Shown here piece after piece: positions 9,445-21,430 of a stretch of DNA of 64,000 bases. Numbering within the stretch: the first letter of the stretch is position 1; each line of letters begins with the position of its first letter. The DNA comes from Macrostomum lignano. Taxonomy: Eukaryota. Both the position numbers and the translations under genes were made by a program. The stretch spans positions 58,645 through 122,644 of the forward strand of contig NIVC01002591.1 of the NCBI GenBank assembly GCA_002269645.1. The letters run 5' to 3'. A model generated the notes under the pieces. The model was not told the origin of the DNA. It made no database searches and worked only from the letters and a program-made list of their open reading frames with translations.

Positions 9445-12400
9445 AAAATGACAAAATTACGATAACGATTGTCGTTATTTTACAAAGCCGGGCCCTTTTA
9501 CCTGTCTTCTTGTACTCACCCCTAAGAGAATATACGTGTAAAATAGGCGTAATGGCTCATTTAGTTTTATACTGCCAAGGGAAAGTGGAAACGTTAAAAT
9601 GATTTGACTTTTTTAATCTATGATATAGTTTGCGTTTAAATTGATTTATTCCCAGCAACATTGAAAAGTCTGTGGTCACCACTCGCCACTTTTGAGAGAA
9701 TACAGGTAAAGTCTGTCAAACCTTGCGAGTGACGCAACTCAGCTACGCCCCGCCCACGGCAGACTTGCTTGAGTTTTTGGGGAATGAAGTGGGTGGAGCG
9801 GTGTAAAAAGCTACATGTACCCCGAGATCAGTTTTCTCGTATTTTTTATTTCAGAGTAGTCCACAGAGAAGTGCTCTCACTGGCGCATAAAGTGGCGACT
9901 TAATTGCTGAGTATATGTTTATATGGAGCAAAGGTTATTTTTTACTAGCTAGTTGGTAATAATTACAATTTTTTGCAAAAAATTAGTAAACAATTACAAT
10001 ATTTGACTGGAAAACTATGAAATTAGAGCTTCGCATATCAGGATTTATTTATACTATAAATTTTGTACCCCGTGATGCTGAACTACTCTTAAATTTCGTA
10101 CAATTTATTATTAATTTTACAGAATTTTAAAGGCCCAGTACTGGCGCAACCTTACCCCTAGCTGCAACCTCAAATTCATTAAGGGGGGCAGACCCTATAT
10201 GGCTTGCTTATTTACATGCTTCCCAGAACGCACCCAGGCGTGGAGGGGTGCGTTCTTGCCACATTCGCCCACAACCTTCGGGCTTCAGCGGAGACCAGAA
10301 AAAATAAATAGGTGACCAAGCTCATGTTCGCCAAAATACTGTAAGATTACGATACACAGTTCTTTCGCTCGGAAATTTCTTTGGGGCAAGCGTGTACCCA
10401 TTGTGTAGAGTCCGGAATTAAGTTTTATAGACGTGCAAAGGTATAAGAATATGTTATTTTAAATGTTGTAATGGTTATTTGCAGCTTAGTTCTGTTAAAA
10501 TAAAATCTTTAATATTCTTAAACATACAATTGCAGTTTGCAGTCAACAATTATGTATCACTACGATTTTTTAAATGAAAAGGGCTGTGTTTTTTCGGAAA
10601 AATATTTTTAAGCATGCTGGCTTGATAATCCAAATTGCCTCGAACATGGTTACGTTACATGGGGTTCATGTTAACAGATAACTGCTTATTTGAGGTTTTA
10701 TTTACTTCGGTATTAAGCAAGTACAGGTCTGTCTGCACATAGTTTTTGCCTGCTTTTAGGGACAGTTCTCTTCATTTCGATATTTTTCGTAGAGATGTAG
10801 GGGCCTATTTTTATTTTGTATTTCGACAACGAATCAAAAATTTATGGACCGCTTTTTCTGGATATTGTCTATATATAGTTAACAGTGAGTAGGCATATGG
10901 CCTAGACATAGAGTTTCAACGAGCCCAGATTTTTGCTCAAGCCGAGCTCTAGTCGAGTAGCATGACCAAAAAACAAATCCGAGTAGGGCCTTAGTTGAGT
11001 TAAGGCAGGCATCGACATCGCCTGCCTTAGGCCTAGTTTTTGGTTATGGCTAATATTAGACTAGATAATAAATAAAATAATAAATTCCATTTTAGTATCT
11101 ATCTCTCTTAATTACTACCAATAGCAATAGGAAATGAGTGAAATATATAGACCTAGCCTAGCCTAGGCTTATTATCTATCTAGGCCCCAATTTGTGGTTT
11201 TGTGGTTGGGCATGTATGATATTGCTGCTCCAGTTTTACCAATCATCTTCAAATTTGACACAAACAATCTTATCTACTTTGACACATTTGTATAAAATTT
11301 TGAGTCTCAAAGTTGATATTGAAAGGTGTTGTGCACTTTTAAAGTTAGTCTGCTTTTTGTTAGCATAATAACCATCCCCACCTCTGCCTCTCTTCTTATC
11401 TGGCCAGATGTGTCCAAGGGATTTACAACTGACTAACTTTAGGCTGCCATAAGTTTGCTTTAGGCCTACATAAAGCAATTGATTTCAAAATTGACATAAT
11501 TCTTTATTGACTTATTCTTTGTCTAAATGTTAAGTCTCAACTCTGTAACTCAATCAGGATAGAAACTGTAAGCATTTAAAGTTTGTCTGCTTTTTCTATT
11601 GTTGTGTCACTTTTTTATTCCCTATAGATAGAGGAAAGGGTCAAGTTCGACTCAAGTAATAAGGATAAGTATATAAAGTAAATATAGAGTGTTTTGGAAT
11701 AAAATTTGTTTATAGCTTTCTTTGCACCATTGTGGAGAGGCTACATTTAGCTATTAGGCCCTACAGTTAAGTGAAAGATTTCTAACCACTATCTGATTGA
11801 GAGTACCTATTCTATCCTACAGTCTTTTCAAGCACTTGAGCTAATGCTATAGTTGATAAAACATGAGATGAAAGAGAACATAAGATATTTAAAGGGGGAA
11901 TGTAAAGAAAAGAAAATAGGCCTAAAGGAAAAGAAAGAAGAGATAAAAGATAAAATAGTAGAGAAGAAGCAAAGAAGAGGGGAAAGATAAGAGACTAGAG
12001 ATTAAAAAGAAGAGAGAAGAGAGGAAAGATAAAAAAGAGATAAGATGAGAAAGAAGAGAGCAGAGAACAGATAAGTTTTAAAGGACCTAAGGAATAGAGA
12101 GAAAGGCAGAGATCAGAGACTAGAGTTTGCCAGTGCATGCTTTAGACAAATGTTACCTGTCAATCCGTGGCAACCCTAATCAACAAGATCAATGCTTGCT
12201 TCAAATTTTAATCTAACACAAATTAATTCCAATTTTTTCAACTCTATCCCAACTATTAATAAACTTTTTTGAGTATGGCTTCAGATTTTAGATTGCATGC
12301 AAAAAGTTGCAGGGATTAGAATTTGGCAGGTTTAAAATCTACAGGTTTCAACAGCTTGTATAAAATAAAAATAAAGGTTTTCAACATTTATAACTCAAAA

Positions 12401-12627
12401 CTTGAAAAGAGGATATGCCAAATTAAAAATTAATATGTGCCAAAGTGGCATTTAACCTTCAAATAATTTGTGTCATTTGGGAAAAATGTGGCTAGGGCAC
12501 AAATTTGGCACAAAAAGCTCTAGTGATGTCAATCAATTTTAGTATACTAAGTTAATTTTATTGTATTTTTTTAGTACTTAACAATAATAAATTTCATGAA
12601 ATGTGTTATAAAATGCTTAACTGTTTT

Positions 12628-13244
12628 AATCCCTATAGGAAAAAGTTGTAAATCCGCGGACGGCGTCCGGCGCACTTTTGAAATTTTTCTAAAGCGCGGC
12701 GCGCGCACAGGCGCGCAGCGCCTGCGCGGCGTGCGCGCGCTGCCTTTTCTTGCTGGCTGCTGCTCTAGCAAATACATATGCATGGAAAGGGGTCATCTAA
12801 TACCTCTGTGGAAGGGGCCTATACACTTATAATTTATAAAGCTTAGAGATGTTCCGAAATTTCAATTTGAATTTTCCAAAATTAGAATTTTTATTAAGAG
12901 CAAATTTCAATTTCGAATAAAATTAGAAGTCAAAATTTGGAAGCTAAAATCGAAAAGTCAAAAATCGCTAAAAAAGCAGTAATTTCTGCTACATCTACGT
13001 GTATTTCATTTTGCATAAGCAGTAAATCGAATGTAAAAAGTGAGTATTGGTCATACTAAACTTTGTTTTTCTGCGTTTTGATTTCGGAAAATTTCAATTT
13101 TGAGTTTGGAAAGTTAACGAATTTTGATTTCGAGGAAACTGCTCTTTCGGGACATCTCTAATTATCCTAAAGCGCGGGAAAATAATTTGACTCTATTCTA
13201 AAGCGCGCGTCCGCGGGTTTTCAACATTTATTCCAATAGGGTTT
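12628..13244. mobile_element. Nested non-autonomous DNA-transposon-like elements (outer imperfect IR; inner 16-bp IR at 12844-13160)
   Basis: Outer: aatccctataggaaaaagttgtaaatccgcggacg vs cgtccgcgggttttcaacatttattccaatagggttt. Inner: tagagatgttccgaaa (12844-12859) vs tttcgggacatctcta (13145-13160), with degenerate 8-bp flanks ataaagct/attatcct. Confidence 0.5.
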
Positions 13245-13572
13245 TTAATTATAATTTTTAGTTTAATTTAAATATATTTTATTTTTAATAAAAATTTTCT
13301 GCATTTTAATTTTAAAACATGCTAGAACAATGAAAATTTGAAGTTGAACCTGTGCTTTTGGTAATGTTATGTTTTTTTATAAAAAAATGTTTCAAATTTT
13401 GTTAAATAAAACATGTTTAAAAGAGTAATAAACTGCTTTAAAAACTTACTTGCCTTTTTACAAATTAAAATTCATGGATAGCCACTAGTTTTGCTGCTTC
13501 TAGTCAGACCAAAATTAAGTACTACATAGACTGAGTGTCATTATTAATATCTCTATAAGTGAAACCTAAGAT

Positions 13573-16500
13573 ATGAATAACAATAGTACAAATGATGGTA
13601 CCTGTCAAGGAGCTGGTGGAGATCAAAGAAGCAATATGGCTGGTGTGTTCAGCTTTGATCCATCAGATATTGAGGTAATAAATTGTAATAAAGATGTCAT
13701 TTTATATTTGTAAACTTGCTCATAATTGTATTTATTTGTTTGTATCATTTTTTCACCTGAATATCAAGGAAATTCTGAGGCTTAATGATGAAGCTCATTT
13801 GGGGAATTCTGAGGTTTGATGACCAAATCTCATTAGGGGAATTCTGAGGTTTGATGACCAAATCTCATTAGGGGAATTCTGAGGTTTGATGACCAAATCT
13901 CATTAGGGGAATTCTGAGGTTTGATGACCAAATCTCATTAGGGGAATTCTGAGGCTTGATGACCGAATCTCATTAAGGGAATTCTGATGTTTGATGACCA
14001 AATCTCATTAGGGGAATTCTGAGGCTTGATAATGGAATCTCATTAGGGGAATTCTAAGGCTTGATAATGGAATCTCATTAGGGGAATTCTGATGCTTGAT
14101 AACAGAATCTCATTAGAGGAATTCTGGTGTTTAATGACCGAATCTCATTAGGGAATTCTGAGGCTTGATAACCAAATCTCATTAGGGAATTCTAAGGCTT
14201 GATAACTGAATCTCATTAGGGGAATTCTGAGGTTTGATGACCAAATCTCATTAGGGGAATTCTGAGGCTTGATGACCGAATCTCATTAAGGGAATTCTGA
14301 TGTTTGATGACCAAATCTCATTAGGGGAATTCTGAGGCTTGATAATGGAATCTCATTAGGGGAATTCTAAGGCTTGATAATGGAATCTCATTAGGGGAAT
14401 TCTGATGCTTGATAACGGAATCTCATTAGAGGAATTCTGGTGTTTAATGACCGAATCTCATTAGGGAATTCTGAGGCTTGATAACCAAATCTCATTAGGG
14501 AATTCTAAGGCTTGATAACTGAATCTCATTAGGGGAATTCTGAGGTTTGATGACCAAATCTCATTAGGGGAATTCTGAGGCTTGATGACCGAATCTCATT
14601 AAGGGAATTCTGATGTTTGATGACCAAATCTCATTAGGGGAATTCTGAGGCTTGATAATGGAATCTCATTAGGGGAATTCTAAGGCTTGATAATGGAATC
14701 TCATTAGGGGAATTCTGATGCTTGATAACGGAATCTCATTAGAGGAATTCTGGTGTTTAATGACCGAATCTCATTAGGGAATTCTGAGGCTTGATAACCA
14801 AATCTCATTAGGGAATTCTAAGGCTTGATAACTGAATCTCATTAAGGGAATTCTGAGGCTTGATGACCGAATCTCATTAAGGGAATTCTGAGGCTTGATG
14901 ACCGAATCTCATTAGGGAATTCTAAGGCTTGATAACCAAATCTCATTAGGGAATTCTGAGGCTTGATAACTGAATCTCATTAGGGAATTCTGAGGCTTGA
15001 TAACCGAATCTCATTAGGCTAATTCTAAGGGTTTATGACTAAAGCTCTTTAATAGAATTATATAAGGGCTAATGACCTTGACTTACTTTGACTTAGCTGC
15101 ATGGTGGTCTATAGACACAGCAGGCAGGTAAGGGTCACCCATTTCGCTAGCCTTGAAGGCCCGCAGACAGGCAGAGGCGTGGGGCCAGTCAGGGTGGTCC
15201 GCCGGTCCATCCTTCAGCGTGATCTTCCATTGGGAAGAAACTGGCTCGTCTAGTTGCCCGAAGGAACAGGATGAGCCGTGAGATGCTGTTGGGCTGGCAG
15301 ACCTCGTCAATGGACAGGTTTAGCCCAAGTTAGCATAGCCGGTCTCTGGTAAAGAAAAGACAGTGACAAACAAAGTGCTGAGCATCTTCATTGTCGTACT
15401 TGCAAAAAGGGCAAAGTTCGCTCTTGAGGTCACCTCTGAGGAAGCAGTGCCTGGCAAGGTAGCCGTGGCCGGTAAGGGTCATGACAAGGGCTTGAATATC
15501 CTTCCGATTTTGGTTCAGAAGAACGTTTCTGAGCCTGCAAGACGGGTAAGGAACAGCACGAGATTGCCGGCAGTTTTGGGTGCCCGCCCATCTGTCCCTG
15601 TGGAAGGAGTCAGCCCAGTTGTCGATCTGACGATTGATGACTGTCGAGGGCATAGGGACCAGGGAGGCAGGGCCAAAGAAAGAGCCAGAGCTGCCCCTCT
15701 TGTCGAGGGTGTCTGCCAGCTCGTTCCCCGGAAACCCTGCGTGCCCTGGGATCCACTTCAGCCTGGCGGCGACTGTCCGGGAGTTCGTTGTGGTGTGGCA
15801 AAGGGCCTGTAAGGCCGCTTGGCTGTCAGAGTGGATGACAATAGTCTCTCTTTTCTTACCCTTGGCGTTCAGCTCTGCAGCGCAGGAGCTGATGGCAAGG
15901 ACTTCGTTCTGGAAGACCGTGGAGAGTCTGCCAGTGTGCTGGGCATGCGTGGAAATGACACGGCCGTTGATGATGATGCAAACCCCAAAGCCGACGCGAC
16001 AATCTTTGATGGATTCTTGGCTTCTTGGCTTTTGCTTGAACGTGGGGTGACCAGTTCAGCGTGTGGTCCAGGGTAATACCCAGACATTTAGTGTGCTTGC
16101 AGAAGGGGATTTCCCTTCCGTAAAGCGTGAGCGGCCGAATCTGCCACTTGGTCCTGCTGGTGAACATGATCGCTGCGGTCTTAGTCTCAGAGAGCCTTAA
16201 ACCACAGCGGTCCGCCCATTGCTCAGCGGCGTAGATGAAGTTCTGAAGAAGGTCCCTGAGGGTATCAGGGGACGGACCAGATGCCACCGCGGTGACATCG
16301 TCCGCATATCCTACTTTCAGAATGGGGTCAGGCCGAGCATCCCGGAGGAGCTCATCGATGACCATGTTCCATAGAACTGGAGACAGCACCCCACCTTGCG
16401 GGCTACCTTTGCAGACGGGGACCGCCCTCTGGTGGCCCAGCAGATTGGCGGTGGCCGTGCGATGGCTGATCATGTACATGATCCATCTGGTGAGATGTGA

Positions 16501-19500
16501 GTGCGTTTACCTCTCACAAAGAGCTCTTCGGAACGCCTCGAAGAGGACGTTATCGAAGGCGCCAATGATGTCCAAGAAGATCCCCAGAGCAAAGCCGTTA
16601 CCAAGCACGGCCTTCTCAAGTTTATCGACCAGGACGTGCAGCGCGCTTTCAGTGGAGCGACCCACCCGAAAAGCGTGCTGGTTCTCACTGAGAGGTTTGT
16701 TCTTCAGCTCAACAGAGAGAAGGCACCAAAGCACCAGTCTCTCTATCAGCTTGACCAGGGAGGAGGTCAGGCTGATCGGTCTGAAGGATTTGATAGATTG
16801 GTAGTCCGGGCGGCCTGGCTTAGGGATAAAAATCACCTTTGCCTCGATCCATGCCTGTGGGACATAACCAAGCGTGATTCACACCCCAAGAAGGCTGCAA
16901 AGTTTACACAGGAAGCCTGGGCATTTAACCGCCTCTCTTAGGAGAGCCGGTACAATGCCGTCGGGTCCTGGGGCTTTGAAAGGTTTGAAGGAATTAGCCG
17001 CTCTCACGATGCGGTCCTCCGTGATGATAGAGGCAGCCAGCGCGTGACCTCCCTCCGAGTGATCCGGAGTGGTCGTGTTAGCTGGCTCGTTGGGGAAAAA
17101 CGCAGTGAGCATTACAGCAAGCGTTTCCCCTGGGTTGTCCGTGGACTTACCGTCGGTGTGTTTGACCGAGGAGAGCTTAGACATTTTGTCCAGCGTAAGC
17201 GCTTTAACAATTCTGGAGGTGAGGCGTGAGCCCTCTAGCTCCTTACAGTATTGTCGCCATTTTTGAGCCTTTGCATTCCTAACCTGCCTTTTAAACTCAT
17301 GGATTGCTTCATGGTAGGCGGTTTGGTCCGCTGGGCTCTTAGTTTTAGTAGCTCTGCGGTGGAGTCTCTTAGCTCTGCGACGGAGGTTGCCGAGCTCGGG
17401 ATTCTACCACGGTGCGGATTTTTCCCTTTATAGGCTTTTAAAGGGCAGGACGCCTCAAAAGCGGCGGTTAGCGCACTCATCCGCTTCTTGGCATGACGTG
17501 ATCGTGGATATTTGGCCAGGAGACCGATGGAATTCCTTCAGAGCGAGCCCGAAGGTTTCCCAATCAGTATTTCTGGCGTTCCGTCTCCACGTAACACGAG
17601 TTGCGCTACGCGCGGCCATCAGGTTGAAGGAGATGAACTTGTGATCAGAGAGTGAGGACACTGGAAGCACCCGCCACGCCCCAATACTTTGGTAGAGTCT
17701 GAGCGTAGCGTCGATCACCTCCGACCACCGTCCGTTGTCAAAGGTGGCGGTGGACCCAGAGTTGCAGAACTCGAGGGTCGTAGAGGCAACGTAGGCTAGG
17801 AGGTCTTCGCCTCTCTGATTAATGCCAGTGAGTATGGTGGGTGTTGATGTCGCCGGCAACCAAGAGCTCGTAGTTTTTACCAGAGCAGAGCTCTACCAGC
17901 GTAGCGAGGGCTCTGAGGACGACCGCAACATCGCCTGGTAGGTAAACCGAGGCAATGAGTGTGGTCTTCCCAGGAAGGAGGTCCTCGGATTGGATGACGC
18001 AAATGTCCCTGTTGGACAGGTCCGATCTGAGCCACGCACTGAGCGTTTTGGTCGCAAAGATGCAAGCTCTGGGAGGCTGGTTGGCCTCGCGAGGGTAACT
18101 ATAAAAACAATTGTAGCCGTCAGGGGCGTTTGTGTGAGATAGTGTGAGAATTTGTATCGGTTTATTATAAGTAGTATTTAACACAAAAATGTATTACTTA
18201 TTTACAAACTGCTTTCGTGCACATTAAACAGGCAAGTAGCGCCAATCCTGGCAACGCGGCAAACGGATCGGTTGTGTCTGACGCCGCCGCCGCTCCAGAC
18301 GCCAGCGATGAGGCGGCCGCCGCCGCCGCCTATCCGCCTTTGACTCCGCGCCTGCTATGCGAACCGGAAAGTCCGCCAGACACGGAAGAGAACGTCAGCA
18401 CCCAGGCTGACGGCATATTTCGTTCGTTTGTATTTGAAAGATTCGCCCGCGACAGGGAGATTGGCCAATTGGATCCGGGCACTCCGGACTCGCCCGAGCT
18501 GGCCAGGGAGCGGCCGCCGCCACTGTCTCAAGAGGCTCGAATTGGTCGCCAACTGGCCGAGATTGGCGACGATATTCAGCAGAGATATAGCAGCCAGTTC
18601 AAGGATATGATTAAATCCTTGGAGAGTCAGTTGACCGATTCTGAGGCGTCGTTTGAGGTGAGGATTTTAACAGGGAAATCCTCTTCTTAATATAAAAAAA
18701 TCGCCCCTAACTTCAGGGAAAATCGCCCCTTACTTACAAGGGAAAATCGCGCCTTATTAGGGAAAATCGCCCCTATCAGGGAAAATCGCCCAAAATTGAA
18801 GAGAAAATCGCCCCTAACTTAAGGGAAAATCGCCCCTTATTAGGAAAAATCGCCCCTTATCAGGGAAAATCGCCCATAATGGAAGAGAAAATCGCCTCTA
18901 ACCTAAGGGAAAATCGCCCCTAACCTAAGGGAAAATCGCCCTTTATTAGGGGAAATCGCCCCTAATTGAAGAGAAAATCGCCCCTAATTTAAGGGAAAAT
19001 CGCCCCTTATTAGGGGGAATCGCCCCTAAGTGAAGAGAAAGTCGCCCCTTATTAGGGAAAATCGCCCCTAATTAAAGAAAAAATCGCCCCTAACTTTGGG
19101 GAAAATCGCCCCTTATTAGGGAAAATCGCCCCTATCAGGGAAAATCGCCCAAAATTGAAGAGAAAATCGCCCCTAACTTAAGGGAAAATCGCCCCTTATT
19201 AGGGAAAATCGCCCCTTATCAGGGAAAATCGCCCATAATGGAAGAGAAAATCGCCTCTAACCTAAGGGAAAATCGCCCCTAACCTAAGGGAAAATCGCCC
19301 TTTATTAGGGGAAATCGCCCCTAATTGAAGAGAAAATCGCCCCTAATTTAAGGGAAAATCGCCCCTTATTAGGGGGAATCGCCCCTAAGTGAAGAGAAAG
19401 TCGCCCCTTATTAGGGAAAATCGCCCCTAATTAAAGAAAAAATCGCCCCTAACTTTGGGGAAAATCGCCCCTTATTAGGGAAAATCGCCCCTAATTGAAG

Positions 19501-20417
19501 GGAAAATCGCCCCTAATTGAAGTGAAAATCGCCCCTAACTTATCAGAGGAATCGCCACTGAATTACAGGAAAAAACCTAAATACCCTCAATATTCGCAGC
19601 TATTCCGCCGCGTTGCCATCCGTTTATTTCGTGATCACGTGATCAACTGGGGCCGAATTGTGGCGCTATTTTTCTTTGGCTACCGAGTCGCCGTAGAGAA
19701 AATTCGTCACGGCGTGTCCGGCTTCCTGCGTCAAATTGTTAGCTGGATTTGTCGCTTCCTGGTGACCGAACGAATCGCTAGCTGGATTGCGGAGCACGGC
19801 GGTTGGGTGAGATATGCATGTTTGCCAGTTATTATTGCCTTATCCTAAACCCCATCCTAAACCCTATCCTGAACCCTATCCTAAACCGTATCTTGAACCC
19901 TATCCTAAACCCTATCTTGACCCCTATCCTAAACCCTATCCTGAACCCCATCCTAAACCCTATCCTGAACCCTATCCTGAACCCTATCCTAAACCCTATC
20001 CTGAACCCTATTCTAAACCCTATCCAGAACCATATCCTAAACCCTATCTCGAACCCTATCCTAAACCCTATGCTAAACCCTATCTTGAACTTTATCCTAA
20101 ATCCTATCCAGTTTCAAGTGCCCCAGTAATCAAAGCTGAGAACAAACCAATCTGGAAATCCCATTCCTGGAAACACAGAATATCATTACATACTCGTACA
20201 TGTACCCTTAATTTTTTCCTAGAATACCAATTCCAGAACCCACTCAACCAGAGTATATTTACCATAAAAATTGCAGCGTTCCGTTCGCCACATCACTTCG
20301 GTTGCTATGGGCGGTGAAAATCGATTGAGTCGCAACATTAATTGGCGTCACGTGACTGGCCTATCGGCGATTATCGTCTTTTGCGTTGTTATTATTCGCT
20401 ATAATCGACAGCAATGA
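13573..20417 (+). CDS. bak: Bak-like pro-apoptotic Bcl-2 family protein (~291 aa). Exons 13573-13674 (tentative), 18232-18657, 19600-19806, 20277-20417
   Basis: Helix 1 TEENVSTQADGIFRSFVFERF and BH3 IGRQLAEIGDDIQQRYSSQFKDMI closely resemble BAK. BH1 INWGRIVALF; BH2 WIAEHGGW followed by the family-conserved phase-0 intron; C-terminal anchor VTGLSAIIVFCVVIIRYNRQQ*. All junctions are GT-AG and phase 0. Exon 1 is inferred only from the ATG, the donor GAG|gtaata and phase compatibility. Confidence 0.85.
13767..15030. repeat. 34-35-bp minisatellite (GGGGAATTCTGAGGTTTGATGACCAAATCTCATTA) with ~313-bp higher-order repeat; Bak intron 1
   Basis: Direct tandem repetition; variant patterns recur at ~14035, ~14347 and ~14660. 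Confidence 0.93.
15077..18184 (-). mobile_element. 5'-truncated, frameshifted non-LTR retrotransposon (APE endonuclease - RT - RNase H - Cys/His motif; R1/LOA/I-like), antisense in Bak intron 1
   Basis: APE motifs VAGDINTHH, NQRGEDL, SDHKFI; KAPGPDG; RT motifs FIPKPG..SFRPISLTS, FLDIIGAFDNV, PQGGVLSP, YADD. RNase H motifs TVFQNEVLAI, IHSDSQAALQAL, WIPGHAGFPGNELAD; C-terminal LTGHG...CPFC...E..QHFVCHC. Split across several frames; short TAAGTCAA repeat at the 3' end. Confidence 0.9.
18700..19560. repeat. 20-23-bp minisatellite (GGGAAAATCGCCCCTTATTA core); Bak intron 2
   Basis: Tandem repetition including a ~360-bp internal duplication. Confidence 0.92.
19843..20105. repeat. 12-bp minisatellite (CCTATCCTAAAC); Bak intron 3
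   Basis: Tandem repetition; gives the spurious PYPK/NPIL ORFs. Confidence 0.92.
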
Positions 20418-20609
20418 AAACTGAGTTGGTGCTTCACAATGTTTTTGGTAACTAATACTACTTATTTAACTTTGACAGTAGTATGTAAGATTATGCTTGT
20501 TATGGTTGCTTTTGTATAGAGCGCAGGCTTTTCATATGCCAATTGTATCATGTTAATTGCTTACGTCATGCTCATCCGAAATTTGTGACTGCGCCTGGTT
20601 TTTATGAAT

Positions 20610-21430
20610 CAACTGGAATTCCCTTGAGATCAACTGGAATTCCCCTATGAAATCAACTGGAATTCCCTATGAGATCAACTGGAATTCCCCTATGAAATCA
20701 ACTGGAATTCCCTATGAGATCAACTGGAATTCCCCTATGAAGTCAACTGGAATTCCCCTATGAAATTAATTGGAATTCCCCTATGAAATCAACTGGAATT
20801 CCCCTATGAGATCAACTGGAATTCCCCTATGAAATCAACTGGAATTCCCTATGAGATCAACTGGAATTCCCCTATGAAGTCAACTGGAATTCCCTATGAG
20901 ATCAACTGGAATTCCCCTATGAAATCAACTGGAATTCCCTATGAGATCAACTGGAATTCCCCTATAAAATCAACTGGAATTCCCCTACAAAATCTACTGG
21001 AAATCCCCTATGAAATCAACTGGAATTCCCCTATGAAATTAATTGGAATTCCCCTATGAAATCAACTGGAATTCCCCTATGAAATCAACTGGAATTCCCC
21101 TATGAAATTAATTGGAATTCCCCTATGAAATCAACTGGAATTCCCCTATGGAGTCCACTGGAATTCCCCTCTGAAATCAACTGCAATTTCCCTATGAAAT
21201 CCACAGGAATTCCCCTATAATATCTACTGGAATTCCCTTATGAAATCTGCTGGGATTTCCTATGAAATCTACTGGAATCGCACTATGAAGTTAACTAAAA
21301 TTCCTCTATGAAGTATGCCGGAATTCCCAAATGAAAAATCCAACTGGAATTCACCTATAAAATCTACTGGAATTCCCCATCAAATCTAACTGGAATTCTC
21401 CTAAAAAGTCAACTGGAATTCCCCTATGAA
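20610..21430. repeat. 22-23-bp minisatellite (GGAATTCCCCTATGAAATCAACT)
   Basis: Tandem repetition, degenerating towards the 3' end. Confidence 0.93.

Noticed and set aside
10225-10256. Perfect 11-bp hairpin AGAACGCACCC/GGGTGCGTTCT
   Set aside because: No CTRR Helitron end, U-tract or other context; an isolated stem is not interpretable.
19803-20317. PYPK/PYPE repeat ORF resembling an extensin or adhesive protein
   Set aside because: A 12-bp minisatellite lying wholly inside Bak intron 3, between a valid donor (19807) and acceptor (20276).
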